Source of the DNA: an uncultured delta proteobacterium | GTDB lineage: Bacteria; Desulfobacterota; Binatia; Binatales; Binataceae | Assembly (NCBI GenBank): GCA_963774665.1 | Contig: CAVZGB010000015.1 | Location: 68,823 to 132,822, forward strand | DNA length: 64,000 nucleotides | Reading direction: 5' to 3' | Shown here: positions 17,357 through 27,186 of the stretch, piece by piece | Layout of the letters: every line of letters starts with the position of its first letter | How positions within the stretch are numbered: position 1 is the first letter of the stretch | The notes under the pieces: model-generated | Told to the model about the DNA's origin: nothing | What the model saw: only the letters and a program-made list of their open reading frames with translations | Databases searched by the model: none | Translations under genes and position numbers: made by a program

Positions 17357-18412
17357 ATGAAAGGAACAGTCTTCCACGGACCCCACGACGTGCGCGTCGA
17401 GCGCGTCGACGACCCCGCGCTCAAAACTCCCACCGACGCGCTCGTGCGAATCACGCGCGCCGGCATCTGCGGCTCCGACCTGCACTTCTATCACGGCGCG
17501 CTCCCCATCGAGCCCGGCTTCGTGCTCGGCCATGAAGGCGTCGGCGTGATCGAGGAAGTCGGCGCCGGCGTCGATCGCCTGAAGAAGGGCCAGCGCGTCG
17601 TCGTGTCCGGCCTGGTCGCATGCGGCCGATGCTTCTTCTGCCGCCGCGGCCAGCCCTCGCAATGCGCCGAGAGCGGCTCCGCAGTTTTCGGCTACGGCTC
17701 GACCTCCGCGGGCAAACTCGGATGGCTGGGCGGCGAGCAATCCGAAGCGGTGCGCGTCCCGATGGCCGACTACACCTGCTACCCTCTCCCCGACGCGATC
17801 GACGATGACGCCGCAGTCTTCCTCGCCGACATCCTGCCGACGGCTTACTTCGGTGCGACCAACGGCAACATCCGCCCCGGCGACACCGTCGCGATCTTCG
17901 GATGCGGCCCGGTAGGCCTATGCGCCGTGATGAGCGCAAAGCTCTTCGGCCCCGCCGAAATAATCGCCGTCGACAGCATCCCGTATCGGCTCGAGATGGC
18001 GCGCAAGCTCGGCGCAACCCCGGTGACTGCCGAGAACGCACAACAAACGATCCTCGATCGCACCGAAGGCCGCGGCGCCGACGTCACGATCGAAGCAGTA
18101 GGCAACGAAGCAGCCCTGACATCCGCAATCATGGCCGCCCGCGGCGGCGGCACAGTCTCAGTAATAGGAGTTTTCGCCGCGCAGTCATTCAATTTCCCAA
18201 TCGGCTACGCCTTTGGCCGCGACCTGACGTTCAAAATCGGCCTGGCCAACATCAACGCCCACATCCCGGCGCTATCCAGCCTGATAGAGAAAGGCACCCT
18301 GAACCCGCGCCCCCTGATAAGCCACGTCATGCCTCTGGGGGACGCCCCCAAAGCCTACGAAATCTTCAACGCCAAAAAAGACAACGCAATGAAGGTGCTA
18401 CTGAAGCCGTAG
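17357..18412 (+). CDS. zinc-dependent alcohol dehydrogenase (MDR family, formaldehyde/threonine dehydrogenase-like)
   Basis: GICGSDLHFYHG, GHEGVGVIEEVG, structural-zinc CGRCFFCRRGQPSQC, NAD motif GCGPVGL. Start at Met101 of the track ORF (aggaacggtgaacaaaATG). 351 aa. Confidence 0.9.
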   Translation: MKGTVFHGPHDVRVERVDDPALKTPTDALVRITRAGICGSDLHFYHGALPIEPGFVLGHEGVGVIEEVGAGVDRLKKGQRVVVSGLVACGRCFFCRRGQPSQCAESGSAVFGYGSTSAGKLGWLGGEQSEAVRVPMADYTCYPLPDAIDDDAAVFLADILPTAYFGATNGNIRPGDTVAIFGCGPVGLCAVMSAKLFGPAEIIAVDSIPYRLEMARKLGATPVTAENAQQTILDRTEGRGADVTIEAVGNEAALTSAIMAARGGGTVSVIGVFAAQSFNFPIGYAFGRDLTFKIGLANINAHIPALSSLIEKGTLNPRPLISHVMPLGDAPKAYEIFNAKKDNAMKVLLKP

Positions 18413-18510
18413 AGTTTCTTCCCTCTCGCGCAAGAGAGAGGATCAAAGGTAAGGGTCCTAATCCAGGGCGTGTTTTGTTCGCGCGCGATTGAAGATTCCT
18501 CTCTTGCCCT
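18413..18510. repeat. composite REP-like element (family copy 4, long form, about 95 nt); paralogous to 36696-36790
   Basis: tccctctc-gcgcaa-gagagagga hairpin plus tcaaaggtaagggtcc plus ...gttttgttcgcgcgcgattgaagattc. It aligns over about 90 nt with the element after sixA (36696-36790). A second short hairpin cccttcc-accag-ggaagg follows at about 18505-18530. Confidence 0.6.
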
Positions 18511-18868
18511 TCCACCAGGGAAGGCTGGTAACCGGCAGCCATCGATGTGCTTAGCGAGTTGCCACCCTCTCGATTCTGTCGAGCGCCTCGCGAGTTTCTA
18601 CGAGCGTATTGTTCGAGTTCCGCCAATCGAAGCTATCTCAATCGCGTGCCGGTTTGACTCAGGGTTGTAAATTTCGGTAGTAGATAGCTACTTTCTGTAG
18701 CAGACCCACAACCAGTTGTTGCATCACTGCGCTTTTGTGAAGAGTGCGCAAGAGTGCGATTAGCGAGAAAACTGAATGTTAACGTGAATAACTTACGGTG
18801 GCACAAAACATGCTGCGAATCTTACGGCCAATTTCGGCCAACAACTGATCCAAGGAGGACATGAGAAA

Positions 18869-19039
18869 GTGGACAAGATCGCGAGGTTGTTTGTAAAGAT
18901 GCGCGAGTATCAGCGCGGCCAGACGATGGCGGAATACGCGTTGATCATGGCGGCAGTCGCGGTAGTGGTTTTCGTCGGCTACCAGACGATGGGCTCGACC
19001 ATCACCACGCTGCTTACCACGGTGGACGCTAGCCTGTAA
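18869..19039 (+). CDS. flp: Flp-family type IVb pilin (Flp/Fap), orphan
   Basis: Not in the ORF track (56 aa). Translation VDKIARLFVKMREYQRGQTMAEYALIMAAVAVVVFVGYQTMGSTITTLLTTVDASL contains the Flp motif G-x4-EYALI and a hydrophobic stretch. SD aggagga lies upstream of GTG 18869. An alternative ATG is at 18899. Confidence 0.6.
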   Translation: MDKIARLFVKMREYQRGQTMAEYALIMAAVAVVVFVGYQTMGSTITTLLTTVDASL

Positions 19040-19062
19040 GCACGTTGAACGGTCCGGAGTGG

Positions 19063-19108
19063 TCTCTTAGCGGGGGCGCACGCCAAATCAAGCCCCCGCT
19101 AGGAGACT
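19063..19108 (+). terminator. strong GC hairpin (about 15-bp stem) downstream of flp, candidate intrinsic terminator
   Basis: gtctcttagcgggggc-(14 nt loop)-gcccccgctaggagac, followed by a U-containing tail (tacactctccgattatcctcttttctg). Confidence 0.5.
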
Positions 19109-19397
19109 ACACTCTCCGATTATCCTCTTTTCTGACTCGATTCCCATCCGTCCATATCTGATAAGAGCGGAACAGCACACCTGTACGACGCGTCGAGCCA
19201 CCGTCCTTGAGAGCAAAGTAGCGCGCTGCGCGCAACTTTGCGATTCATACTGGGTGCAGAGCCTGTCCTGAGCTAAGCCGAAGGAGGTCGCCCCTGCCGC
19301 CCGCCGCGCAGGCGATTATTCTCGCATAGAGATTCCACCGCAGTTGCGCGCTTCTCGCGGTTACGCGATACCTTCAATAACAATCGAGGTTTAAGCC

Positions 19398-20207
19398 ATG
19401 GCGGAAAATGCAATCAAAGTTCGAGTCGAGGGTGAGATCGCGTACATCGCGCTCAACCGGCCCGAGAAGCGCAATGCGATTAACCAGGCGATGCTCCGCG
19501 CGCTGCCCGAGGCGATCGATGAGGTCGATCGCAACGACATTCGCGCGATCATCATTTATGGCGAGGGCCAGGCGTTCTCGGCGGGGATCGATTTCACCTC
19601 GCTCAGCAACGACAGCGGCGCGCAAAGCGGGCAGGGCGGCGGACCCGACATGCAGCGGTTTCGGCGCTTCGTCGCAGAGTCGCAGGCGTCGTTGAATCGG
19701 ATCGAGAGTATCGAGAAGCCGGTCATCGGCGCGCTGCACGGATTCGTCGGCGGACTCGGCCTCGAGCTCGCGCTCGCCTGCGACGCGAGAATCGCGTCTG
19801 TCGGCGCGCGGCTCGGGATGCCGGAGGTGCGCATCGGTTTGGTGCCCGACGTCGGCGGTACCACCCGGCTTACGCGGACAGTCGGATACGCGCGCTCGAA
19901 GGAACTGATCATGACGGCGCGAATGATCGAAGCGGCAGACGCTGAAAAAATCGGGCTGGTGAATCGCGTCGTCGCTGAAGGGACGCATCTTGCGGCGGCC
20001 GAAGAGCTTGCGCGCGAGATGGCGCGGAACGCACCGCTCGCAGTCGGACTCGCGAAACGGATCATCGACAAGGGTCACGGCCTCGACAAGATGACGTTCC
20101 AGGAGCTCGAGGTGCTGGCGCAGAGCTCTCTCCTGCTCACCGAGGATTTTCGCGAGGGCGCGGCAGCCTTGGCGCAGCGGCGCGATCCGCGTTTCAAGGG
20201 ACGCTGA
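19398..20207 (+). CDS. enoyl-CoA hydratase/isomerase family protein (crotonase fold)
   Basis: 269 aa with YIALNRPEKRNA, GEGQAFSAGIDF and oxyanion-hole GGGLELALACD motifs. Confidence 0.85.
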   Translation: MAENAIKVRVEGEIAYIALNRPEKRNAINQAMLRALPEAIDEVDRNDIRAIIIYGEGQAFSAGIDFTSLSNDSGAQSGQGGGPDMQRFRRFVAESQASLNRIESIEKPVIGALHGFVGGLGLELALACDARIASVGARLGMPEVRIGLVPDVGGTTRLTRTVGYARSKELIMTARMIEAADAEKIGLVNRVVAEGTHLAAAEELAREMARNAPLAVGLAKRIIDKGHGLDKMTFQELEVLAQSSLLLTEDFREGAAALAQRRDPRFKGR

Positions 20208-21132
20208 CGCGAATCTCGAAGCCGGCTTCGAATGTCTGGCCGGGTGCGAGTTCTCGCATCCCGGCCGCGACGCCGCGAGCGGCGAGATTGAAAGCGTCGG
20301 GCGCGCACGTATACGGCTCGAGCGCGACCACCGGATTGTTCGGCGGCGCGAAGACCACGAACTCCTCGAACGCGGCGTCGGCGCGAACCTCGACTGCGAT
20401 TTTGAGCGACGGATCGATTAGCCGCGCACGCGGTGTCGACGCATCTTCCTTCGAGACGGGCGCCATGCGGAATACATCATCGTAAGTCTCGGCACCAATC
20501 ACGCGCGGCGCACTAAGATCGAACTTGCCGGCCAACGGCTCGAGCTTGCCAGTCGGAACGAGCCGCGCGTCGAGTGGCCACCGAGCGTCGGCGTCGAGTT
20601 GGATCAGCATCGCGTCGCGCGAGCCCTTGGGGTTCAACGGTGCGTGAAAATAGGGATGCGCGCCGAAGCCGAACGGCATTACCGAGTCGCCGGTGTTGGT
20701 GATGCGCGCCTTCAATCTCAGTCCATTACCTACTTCGTAGTCTATTTCGAGCGCGAACGGCCACGGCCAGATCGCATTGAGATCCGAATAGTCAGAAGAG
20801 TCGAGAATCGCCGTAACGAAATACGGCCCGCGACGTGTCACGCGAAAGGCGCGCTCGCATGCGAAGCCATGAATCGCGTTGCCATGCCCGGCATCGTTCA
20901 CCGGCAGCCGATATTCGCGTCCATCGAAAGTGAAGCGAGCGCCGCCGACGCGGCCTGGCCATGGAAAGAGAATCGGAATGCCGCCGCGATGCGGATGCTC
21001 GCGCCATGCGTCGGGATTGGCAGGGCCCGCGATGACGTCGAGCGACCCGGCGCGATAGCTGAGGCACTGGCACCCTGCGCCCGGTACGATTACCGCGCGT
21101 TCGCTCTGAACTTCAAGCGTGATCAATTCCAC
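20194..21132 (-). CDS. aldose 1-epimerase (galactose mutarotase-like) family protein
   Basis: 312 aa with characteristic HGF...GAHPYF motifs (NAIHGFACERAF, FGFGAHPYFHAP). Confidence 0.8.
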   Translation of the reverse strand: MELITLEVQSERAVIVPGAGCQCLSYRAGSLDVIAGPANPDAWREHPHRGGIPILFPWPGRVGGARFTFDGREYRLPVNDAGHGNAIHGFACERAFRVTRRGPYFVTAILDSSDYSDLNAIWPWPFALEIDYEVGNGLRLKARITNTGDSVMPFGFGAHPYFHAPLNPKGSRDAMLIQLDADARWPLDARLVPTGKLEPLAGKFDLSAPRVIGAETYDDVFRMAPVSKEDASTPRARLIDPSLKIAVEVRADAAFEEFVVFAPPNNPVVALEPYTCAPDAFNLAARGVAAGMRELAPGQTFEAGFEIRVSVP

Positions 21133-21277
21133 AGTTATGATTTAGCGCGACGAGCGTACCAAGCGCGAGGGTTCGGCCCAAGAATCGGGCGTACCCTCAG
21201 GTGGGTTAAGTATACTTTGCCGCGCTACGAAAAGAGCGAAACTACAATCGCGGCACTATTCCGAATCCGGGAACTGA

Positions 21278-21577
21278 CTAATGGTCGCGTCCGCCTCGGC
21301 GTTCGCCACCGCCGCCACCGGCTCCGCCGCTGCGCGCCTGTGCTTCGTTGACGCGGATCGGGCGGCCCTTGATGTCGCGGCCGTTCAGTTTCTTGATTGC
21401 GCCTTCGGCCGCTTCATCGGTTCCCATCTCGACGAAACCGAATCCTCGTGAGCGGTTGGTGGCGCGGTCGATGATGACTTGCGAGCTGTCCACCTTTCCT
21501 GCTTCTGAAAATACGTCGAGCAGATCCTGGTCGGTCACAGTCCAAGCCAGATTCCCAACATACAGTCTGCGGCCCAT
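21278..21577 (-). CDS. glycine-rich RNA-binding protein with a single RRM domain
   Basis: RNP2 LYVGNL and RNP1 RGFGFVEM with a Gly/Arg-rich tail. Start at Met8 of the track ORF, preceded by aaggagag. Confidence 0.85.
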   Translation of the reverse strand: MGRRLYVGNLAWTVTDQDLLDVFSEAGKVDSSQVIIDRATNRSRGFGFVEMGTDEAAEGAIKKLNGRDIKGRPIRVNEAQARSGGAGGGGGERRGGRDH

Positions 21578-22230
21578 TACCCCTCTCCTTGCGCGCAACC
21601 CCTGAGTGTGTCTCGGGGCGTCCGGCGTTTGCGGCTATACCAAGAGCGCGCATCTGGTCAAAATTCCGAGATGCTTATACCATCGCACCAATCGCAAACA
21701 TAGGGCTTTTTTGATCCTATTCACTGCGTTTGTTGCCCGATTTGCCCTAACAAAAACCGACCCGCCAGGCAGTCACTTAGGATCAAAATACGAATGCTAA
21801 TACGTAGTATTGGAAGCATTGAGCTTTCTGGATGACTCTAAAATCGTTTTGACGTACGCCTTCAGCGGCTATGGTTGCAAATGTGCCTGAAGTTAAAGGC
21901 TGATGCGGTTCTCGCAAAGGGTAGAACACCTGCAGTTAGTGTCATCGACAAGGGATAGGGGCCGTCGCCGCGCACTTCACAAGATCGAGGCCTCTTTCCC
22001 GTTCGCGAACCTGTTGGTGCGGTAACCTGGCATCGATGACTAAGAAAACTTTCCAGCGTGTGACTATATGGCTGCATAAGCCAAACATCAATTCGAAACA
22101 CTACCGGCTATATGCAGTTGGACGATGTTGATAGTGCACAAAATGACTTTGATACTTGTAGCTGCGGGATCGATTGTGTATGTTCAAATTTGATTTGTAC
22201 TGATCACTTCCCGGAAAAGGAGATAGCTAC

Positions 22231-22614
22231 ATGCCTCGCAAAGATACTTCTCGCGGAGCCGCATCTGCCTTCCAGCAAGTACAGCGGCAAGCGCGCACCT
22301 TGTTACTCAATCTACGCAAGGAGATCCGCCTGAAGGAATCGGTACTGAGTAAACTGAAACAAGAGGAAGCGCGACTTGGATCCTTGATCGGCAGAGTGGG
22401 CGGTTCGGCAAAGTCTGTAAGCAGCGGACCGACCGGCCGGGTCAATTGGCGCGCGGTGCTTTCGGCACTACCCAAGCAGTTCAAGGCCGCCGACGTGCGA
22501 AATGTGCGGGGACTTAAAGGGAAGCGGCCGTCGGAAATTTTCGCGGCAATTACGCGATGGATCGATGCAGGCGCTGCAAAACGCAAAGCACGCGGAGTAT
22601 ACGAAAAAGTTTAA
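22231..22614 (+). CDS. hypothetical basic protein (coiled-coil N-terminus)
   Basis: 127-aa ORF with a good SD (aaaaggagat). No family recognised. Confidence 0.4.
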   Translation: MPRKDTSRGAASAFQQVQRQARTLLLNLRKEIRLKESVLSKLKQEEARLGSLIGRVGGSAKSVSSGPTGRVNWRAVLSALPKQFKAADVRNVRGLKGKRPSEIFAAITRWIDAGAAKRKARGVYEKV

Positions 22615-22762
22615 CTGAAGATTCGCGCGAGCCGCCTCCAATGCGGTATCGTGCTATCGAAACTGGTTGAGCGGCGCCGCGCCTGATCCGCAGCGCCGTT
22701 TTCTATTGCTCAACTCAATGCAGAATTTGAAACCTCAGGCGCGGGCGAAAAAGTCAGGCAAC

Positions 22763-23803
22763 ATGGCTGTGATGACTATTGAATGGCGGGCGGACACCGT
22801 TCGCATGATCGATCAGCGCCTGCTCCCGGCGCGCGAGGTGATCCGAACCTATCGCGACTACCGCGGCGTCGCGGATGCAATCCGCACGATGGTGATTCGC
22901 GGCGCGCCCGCGATTGGCGTCGCTGCTGCGATGGGGGTCGCACTCGGAATCAAAGGCACTGCGGGCGCCAAGGCGAAAAAACGCTTCGCACTCGTCGCGA
23001 AGGCTCTCAAAGCCACCCGGCCCACCGCGGTTAACCTGGCGTGGGCTGTGGATCGGATGGGACGCGTGCTCGACGAGAACGATTCGCTGGATGCGGCAGA
23101 ACTGTTCGCTCGCATGCGCGCGGAGGCGATCGCGATTTACACGGAAGACGTGGCCGCGAATCGCGCGATGGGTCAGTTCGGCGCGGAACTCATCGGAGAT
23201 CCGGCGACGGTGCTGACGCATTGCAATGCCGGCGCGTTGGCGACCGCTGGATACGGCACGGCGCTCGGCGTGGTCCGCGCAGCGCGTGACTCGGGCAAAA
23301 AGATCCAGGTGTTCGCCGACGAGACACGGCCATTTTTGCAGGGCTCGCGCCTCACCGCATGGGAACTGCACAAGGATCGGATACCGGTCACGGTGATCGC
23401 CGACAACATGGCGGCGACTGTCCTCTCGCAAAACAAGATCGATTGCGTGGTGGTAGGAACCGATCGCACGGCGGCCAACGGCGACGTCGCGAATAAAATC
23501 GGAACCTACCCGCTCGCGGTAATGGCCCGGCGGCACGGCGTACCCTTTTATGTCGCTGCTCCGCTGTCGTCGATCGATCTGGACTGTCCTGACGGCGCGT
23601 CGATTCCGATCGAAGAGCGCTCGGGCCGCGAACTCACCGAGTACGGCGGCACACAGATCACCCCAAAGGGCGTGCGCACATTCAATCCCGCGTTCGACGT
23701 CACTCCGGCCGAATTGGTAACCGCAATTATCACCGAGCGCGGCGTCGCATATCCGCCCTACACGGAAAGTTTGCGTGCGCTCAAAAGCAAACGCTCCGAC
23801 TGA
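22763..23803 (+). CDS. mtnA: S-methyl-5-thioribose-1-phosphate isomerase (MtnA; eIF-2B alpha/beta/delta-like family)
   Basis: TIEWRADTVRMIDQRLLP N-terminus, GAPAIGVAAAMG, and VVGTDRTAANGDVANKIGTY active-site region. Start at Met33 of the track ORF. Confidence 0.8.
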   Translation: MAVMTIEWRADTVRMIDQRLLPAREVIRTYRDYRGVADAIRTMVIRGAPAIGVAAAMGVALGIKGTAGAKAKKRFALVAKALKATRPTAVNLAWAVDRMGRVLDENDSLDAAELFARMRAEAIAIYTEDVAANRAMGQFGAELIGDPATVLTHCNAGALATAGYGTALGVVRAARDSGKKIQVFADETRPFLQGSRLTAWELHKDRIPVTVIADNMAATVLSQNKIDCVVVGTDRTAANGDVANKIGTYPLAVMARRHGVPFYVAAPLSSIDLDCPDGASIPIEERSGRELTEYGGTQITPKGVRTFNPAFDVTPAELVTAIITERGVAYPPYTESLRALKSKRSD

Positions 23804-24823
23804 CTATTCATCGAAGTGATCGAGATACTCAGAAAGTCCATAGCCAATCTTGCCATCCCAGTTCCACTCAGTCATACCTTCCGCGATTCGAGTGACTATA
23901 CCCGCGCGACGGTTGCGTAACGGAATCATCGACAGCACCTTGCCCGTAATGACTATTGGCGCTCCGCCATCGGAGGTCTGACAGGTCGCCTTGATCTTGT
24001 CGTGGAGCTGCTGATCGCCGGCAAATTCCGTCTGCACGTCGACCTTCACAATATTGAGAAAGGGCTTGCCCTTGCGCGCGACGAAACCGCCCGGGCGTTC
24101 GCTACCGTCGCGATTCACCGTGATCGTCGCCATCCCGCCGAGATCCTGGTCGAAGTTCATCGTGAGCCATCGGTAGAACTTCGGCGCCTGCCAATATCGC
24201 GGTCCCCAGCTATGGTCGCGCAGACCCAGCGCGTCGATCTTGAACTCGCGCTCGTTGCCGTCGGTCGTGAGAACAAGTTTCCCGGTTGCGTGGCCGAGCT
24301 GCTCCAGGTGCCCCTTCGCGAACTGAGCCTCGGGATTGCCGGATGGCTTGGGCGAGACCCATTGGTCTCCACTCTTTTCACGCAGCTCGCCGCCCCAGCC
24401 CGGAGACGTCGCGACGTAGTCAATTTCGAGAGCAGCTTTCGAGTAGGGATTGGTTTTGAACGCCTTGGCTGGATCGGCCATCTCGAGCGGATTCTTTAAG
24501 ATGCAGAGTTTGCCGTGATAGCTGACGCGATGGCGCTCGAACGGTTTGACTACTTCGAATTTTGCGCCGCCTGCGTTGTGAGCGTCGTTGTTCTTGATCT
24601 CAGGGCGCTGGAACATGAAGCCGACGGTTCCGTCGGGCAGGTAGAGGCACGCCGTCATCTCCGCATAGCCTTCGTTCGCGCGATTACCCAGTCGGATAAA
24701 ACCGCCGAGACGCTGAGAGCGATCGTAAAAATTGTAATATGCACTTTCGTTGAAATTGGACTCGCCGGTGTTGGGATGCATCAGGTCGTCCTGCTCAAGC
24801 AGTACTACTTTGGTTTCAGGCAT
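23804..24823 (-). CDS. conserved hypothetical protein (DHSWGPRYW motif; possibly lipocalin/AttH-CrtC-like fold)
   Basis: 339-aa ORF with non-repetitive composition. It lies in an operon-like array with DUF and APH genes. I could not assign a function with confidence. Confidence 0.45.
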   Translation of the reverse strand: MPETKVVLLEQDDLMHPNTGESNFNESAYYNFYDRSQRLGGFIRLGNRANEGYAEMTACLYLPDGTVGFMFQRPEIKNNDAHNAGGAKFEVVKPFERHRVSYHGKLCILKNPLEMADPAKAFKTNPYSKAALEIDYVATSPGWGGELREKSGDQWVSPKPSGNPEAQFAKGHLEQLGHATGKLVLTTDGNEREFKIDALGLRDHSWGPRYWQAPKFYRWLTMNFDQDLGGMATITVNRDGSERPGGFVARKGKPFLNIVKVDVQTEFAGDQQLHDKIKATCQTSDGGAPIVITGKVLSMIPLRNRRAGIVTRIAEGMTEWNWDGKIGYGLSEYLDHFDE

Positions 24824-24826
24824 TAG

Positions 24827-25252
24827 TCAGATCTCCTTTTTGGAGTTGCGAATAGCAATATCGTTTTCGAGGTAGCGTGGATTCGCGATACGCAGTTTGT
24901 CTTCGACGCTCTGACGCACAACCGCAAGCACTTCGCGGCGCCAATCGCCGTCGTCAGCCTCGCCCGCGCGAATTTTCGTAGTCAGCTCTGCGCCCATGCT
25001 CACAGCGGCAGCGCATAGATCGTTGAGGCTATGGAGATGCGGCGAGTCGTGTCCGAGCAGACGCGCCAGTGCTTTTACCTCGCTCCGAACAAATGGATCT
25101 TCCAGTTTTATTTCGCGCGCCACGACGCGCATCACGTTGGCGACTACTCGGGCCTGGAATTGGCGCGCGCCCTGGATTGCGGGCACGAGTTCGCTCTCGA
25201 CAAAGTCGGCGGCCGCTTCGAGCAATTCAACTGAGGTCGGTCGGTCCTGCAT
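24827..25252 (-). CDS. small helical protein of unknown function (DUF, partner of phosphotransferase genes)
   Basis: 141-aa ORF, 4 nt upstream of the previous gene and 39 nt downstream of the APH-like gene. Confidence 0.45.
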   Translation of the reverse strand: MQDRPTSVELLEAAADFVESELVPAIQGARQFQARVVANVMRVVAREIKLEDPFVRSEVKALARLLGHDSPHLHSLNDLCAAAVSMGAELTTKIRAGEADDGDWRREVLAVVRQSVEDKLRIANPRYLENDIAIRNSKKEI

Positions 25253-25290
25253 ATCGATTACTCACATTGCTATTCGACTCTACCATGTTA

Positions 25291-26310
25291 CTACTCAATG
25301 AGATTCAACAGCTCCAGTTCAGTTTCTGCCGTCCGCCGTCCGATGCTGGCCAGTTCGACACTCTTCACGAATCCGTCGATATGAGTACGCGCCTGACTGA
25401 TGGTGATTATGCCCCAGCGCAAATTGCCGAAGACCTCCCAGAAGCGCGCAGCTTCAGGATCGACGGCGGTGCCGCTGGCTTTTTCGTACGCGCGAAAGAA
25501 ATCCTCGCGAGCGCCGAGCCCTCCGACCGGTTTCTGATCGTTGCCGAAACGCCAGGCACGCACGCACATCCATCCGACGTCCTCCATCGGATCGCCGAGA
25601 TGCGCCAACTCCCAATCGAGGATCGATCGCACGCCTTCGGGACCGAAAATGACATTGCCGATCCTGTAGTCGCCGTGGACGAGCGTCTTTCGCGGAGTCC
25701 TTGGAATGCGCTTCAGAAGCCATCGGAAGGCGAGTTCGAACGCAGGATGTGGTTCGAGCGCGAGGCGTCGAAAGTTTTCCTCGTAGCGCTTGACCTCGGT
25801 CAGCGCTGCACTGTCGCCCGGCTCCGCCAGGAAGTCGAGTTTGTGTTTGACCGGATCGATCCGATGAATCTTCGCGAGAATTTCGGCGAGCTGCGTGGGC
25901 ATCGCGTCTCGCGCGCGGGCATAGGTGTCGTCGCGGAGCAGTCGGCGCGCAATAGTTTCGCCATCGACGCGCTCCATGATGAAAAACGCGGAACCGAGCA
26001 CTGCGGGATCTTCGGAAACCCAGAACACTTCGGGCACCGGAATGCGTTCTTCGAAAGCTGCTCGGATCACCATGAACTCGTGGCGGCGATTGGTGGAGAT
26101 GTTGTGAGCGCCCGGATCGCGCCGCAACACCATCGCGCGTCGAGTAGTTTCGCCGCCACGCTCCATCGCGCAATCGAACGACCAGATCTCGCGCGACGCG
26201 CCACCCGGCATCTTGCGAAAATTGTCGATCGCGACACTATCGAAGTGGCCTTCAGTGCGAATGAAGCCGGTCAGACGGCGGACCATTTCGCTGGGTTCGA
26301 TTCTCTCCAC
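25291..26310 (-). CDS. phosphotransferase-family protein (aminoglycoside-phosphotransferase/APH-like kinase fold)
   Basis: 339 aa with catalytic HGDYRIGNVIF and DWELAHLGDPMEDVG motifs. This is a second APH-like paralog in the window. Confidence 0.8.
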   Translation of the reverse strand: MERIEPSEMVRRLTGFIRTEGHFDSVAIDNFRKMPGGASREIWSFDCAMERGGETTRRAMVLRRDPGAHNISTNRRHEFMVIRAAFEERIPVPEVFWVSEDPAVLGSAFFIMERVDGETIARRLLRDDTYARARDAMPTQLAEILAKIHRIDPVKHKLDFLAEPGDSAALTEVKRYEENFRRLALEPHPAFELAFRWLLKRIPRTPRKTLVHGDYRIGNVIFGPEGVRSILDWELAHLGDPMEDVGWMCVRAWRFGNDQKPVGGLGAREDFFRAYEKASGTAVDPEAARFWEVFGNLRWGIITISQARTHIDGFVKSVELASIGRRTAETELELLNLIE

Positions 26311-26373
26311 TACGCGCGCTCACTTCCGATCAAAATGAGTATCATGAAATTTCGCCGCTCCGCATACGTCGAC

Positions 26374-27186
26374 TCAGGTGCGATAGCCGACCTTCTGCGC
26401 AATTCCGTCGCCGAGCAGATTGAAGCCGAGAATCGAAAAGCCGATCGCGAGTCCCGGCGCAGTCGTGAGATGCGGTGCGACGAGCAGGAACGCGCGGCCG
26501 GCGTCGAGCATGTTGCCCCACGTGGGAGTGGGCGGGAGCGCGCCGAGACCCAGGAACGAAAGCGCGGCTTCGGCGCCGATTATTCCGCCGACTCCGAACG
26601 TCGCCTGCACCGCAAGCGGTCCGACGACTCCGGGCAGAATATGGCGCATCAGCAGTCGCGAGCGGCCGGCGCCGAGAGTTTCGGCCGCGAGCACATACTC
26701 GCGCTCGCGCAAGGTCAGCACTTCACCTCGCACGATGCGCGCGTAGCCGGTCCATCCCATCGCGGTCAGCGCGATCACTAGATCGATCAGTCCCGGTCCA
26801 AGAATCGCGGCTAACGCAATAGCGAGCAGGATTCCTGGAAAGGCGAGAACGATATCCACCCCGCGCATTATCAGGTTGTCGATTCGACCGCCCGACAACG
26901 CGGCGGTAGCGCCAATCAGGCTGCCGACAACGAGCGAGATCGCAACCACGATGGTGGAAACCGAGAGAGAGAGACGCGCGCCCCACAGGATACGGGCAAG
27001 AATGTCGCGGCCGAGTGCGTCGCAACCGAACGGATGCGCACGGCTGGGTCCGGCGAGAATGTTTGCAAGATCGATCGAAAGGGGATCGGTGCTGAACACA
27101 ATCGGACCGATAATCGCTGCTACGACTGTCGCGACGACAATAGTCACTCCAATAGCCAGTGACGGATTGCGGAAGGGCGCTCTCAC
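26374..27186 (-). CDS. ABC transporter permease (DppC/OppC-like, peptide/nickel family)
   Basis: TMs and an EAA-like loop, with C-terminal ...LGFNLLGDGIAQKVGYRT. The likely GTG start overlaps the upstream stop (GTGA). Confidence 0.8.
   Translation of the reverse strand: MRAPFRNPSLAIGVTIVVATVVAAIIGPIVFSTDPLSIDLANILAGPSRAHPFGCDALGRDILARILWGARLSLSVSTIVVAISLVVGSLIGATAALSGGRIDNLIMRGVDIVLAFPGILLAIALAAILGPGLIDLVIALTAMGWTGYARIVRGEVLTLREREYVLAAETLGAGRSRLLMRHILPGVVGPLAVQATFGVGGIIGAEAALSFLGLGALPPTPTWGNMLDAGRAFLLVAPHLTTAPGLAIGFSILGFNLLGDGIAQKVGYRT

Noticed and set aside
25069-26781. 570-aa plus-strand ORF
   Set aside because: Antisense to the APH-like and DppC-like genes. Low-complexity Arg/Ala-rich product.
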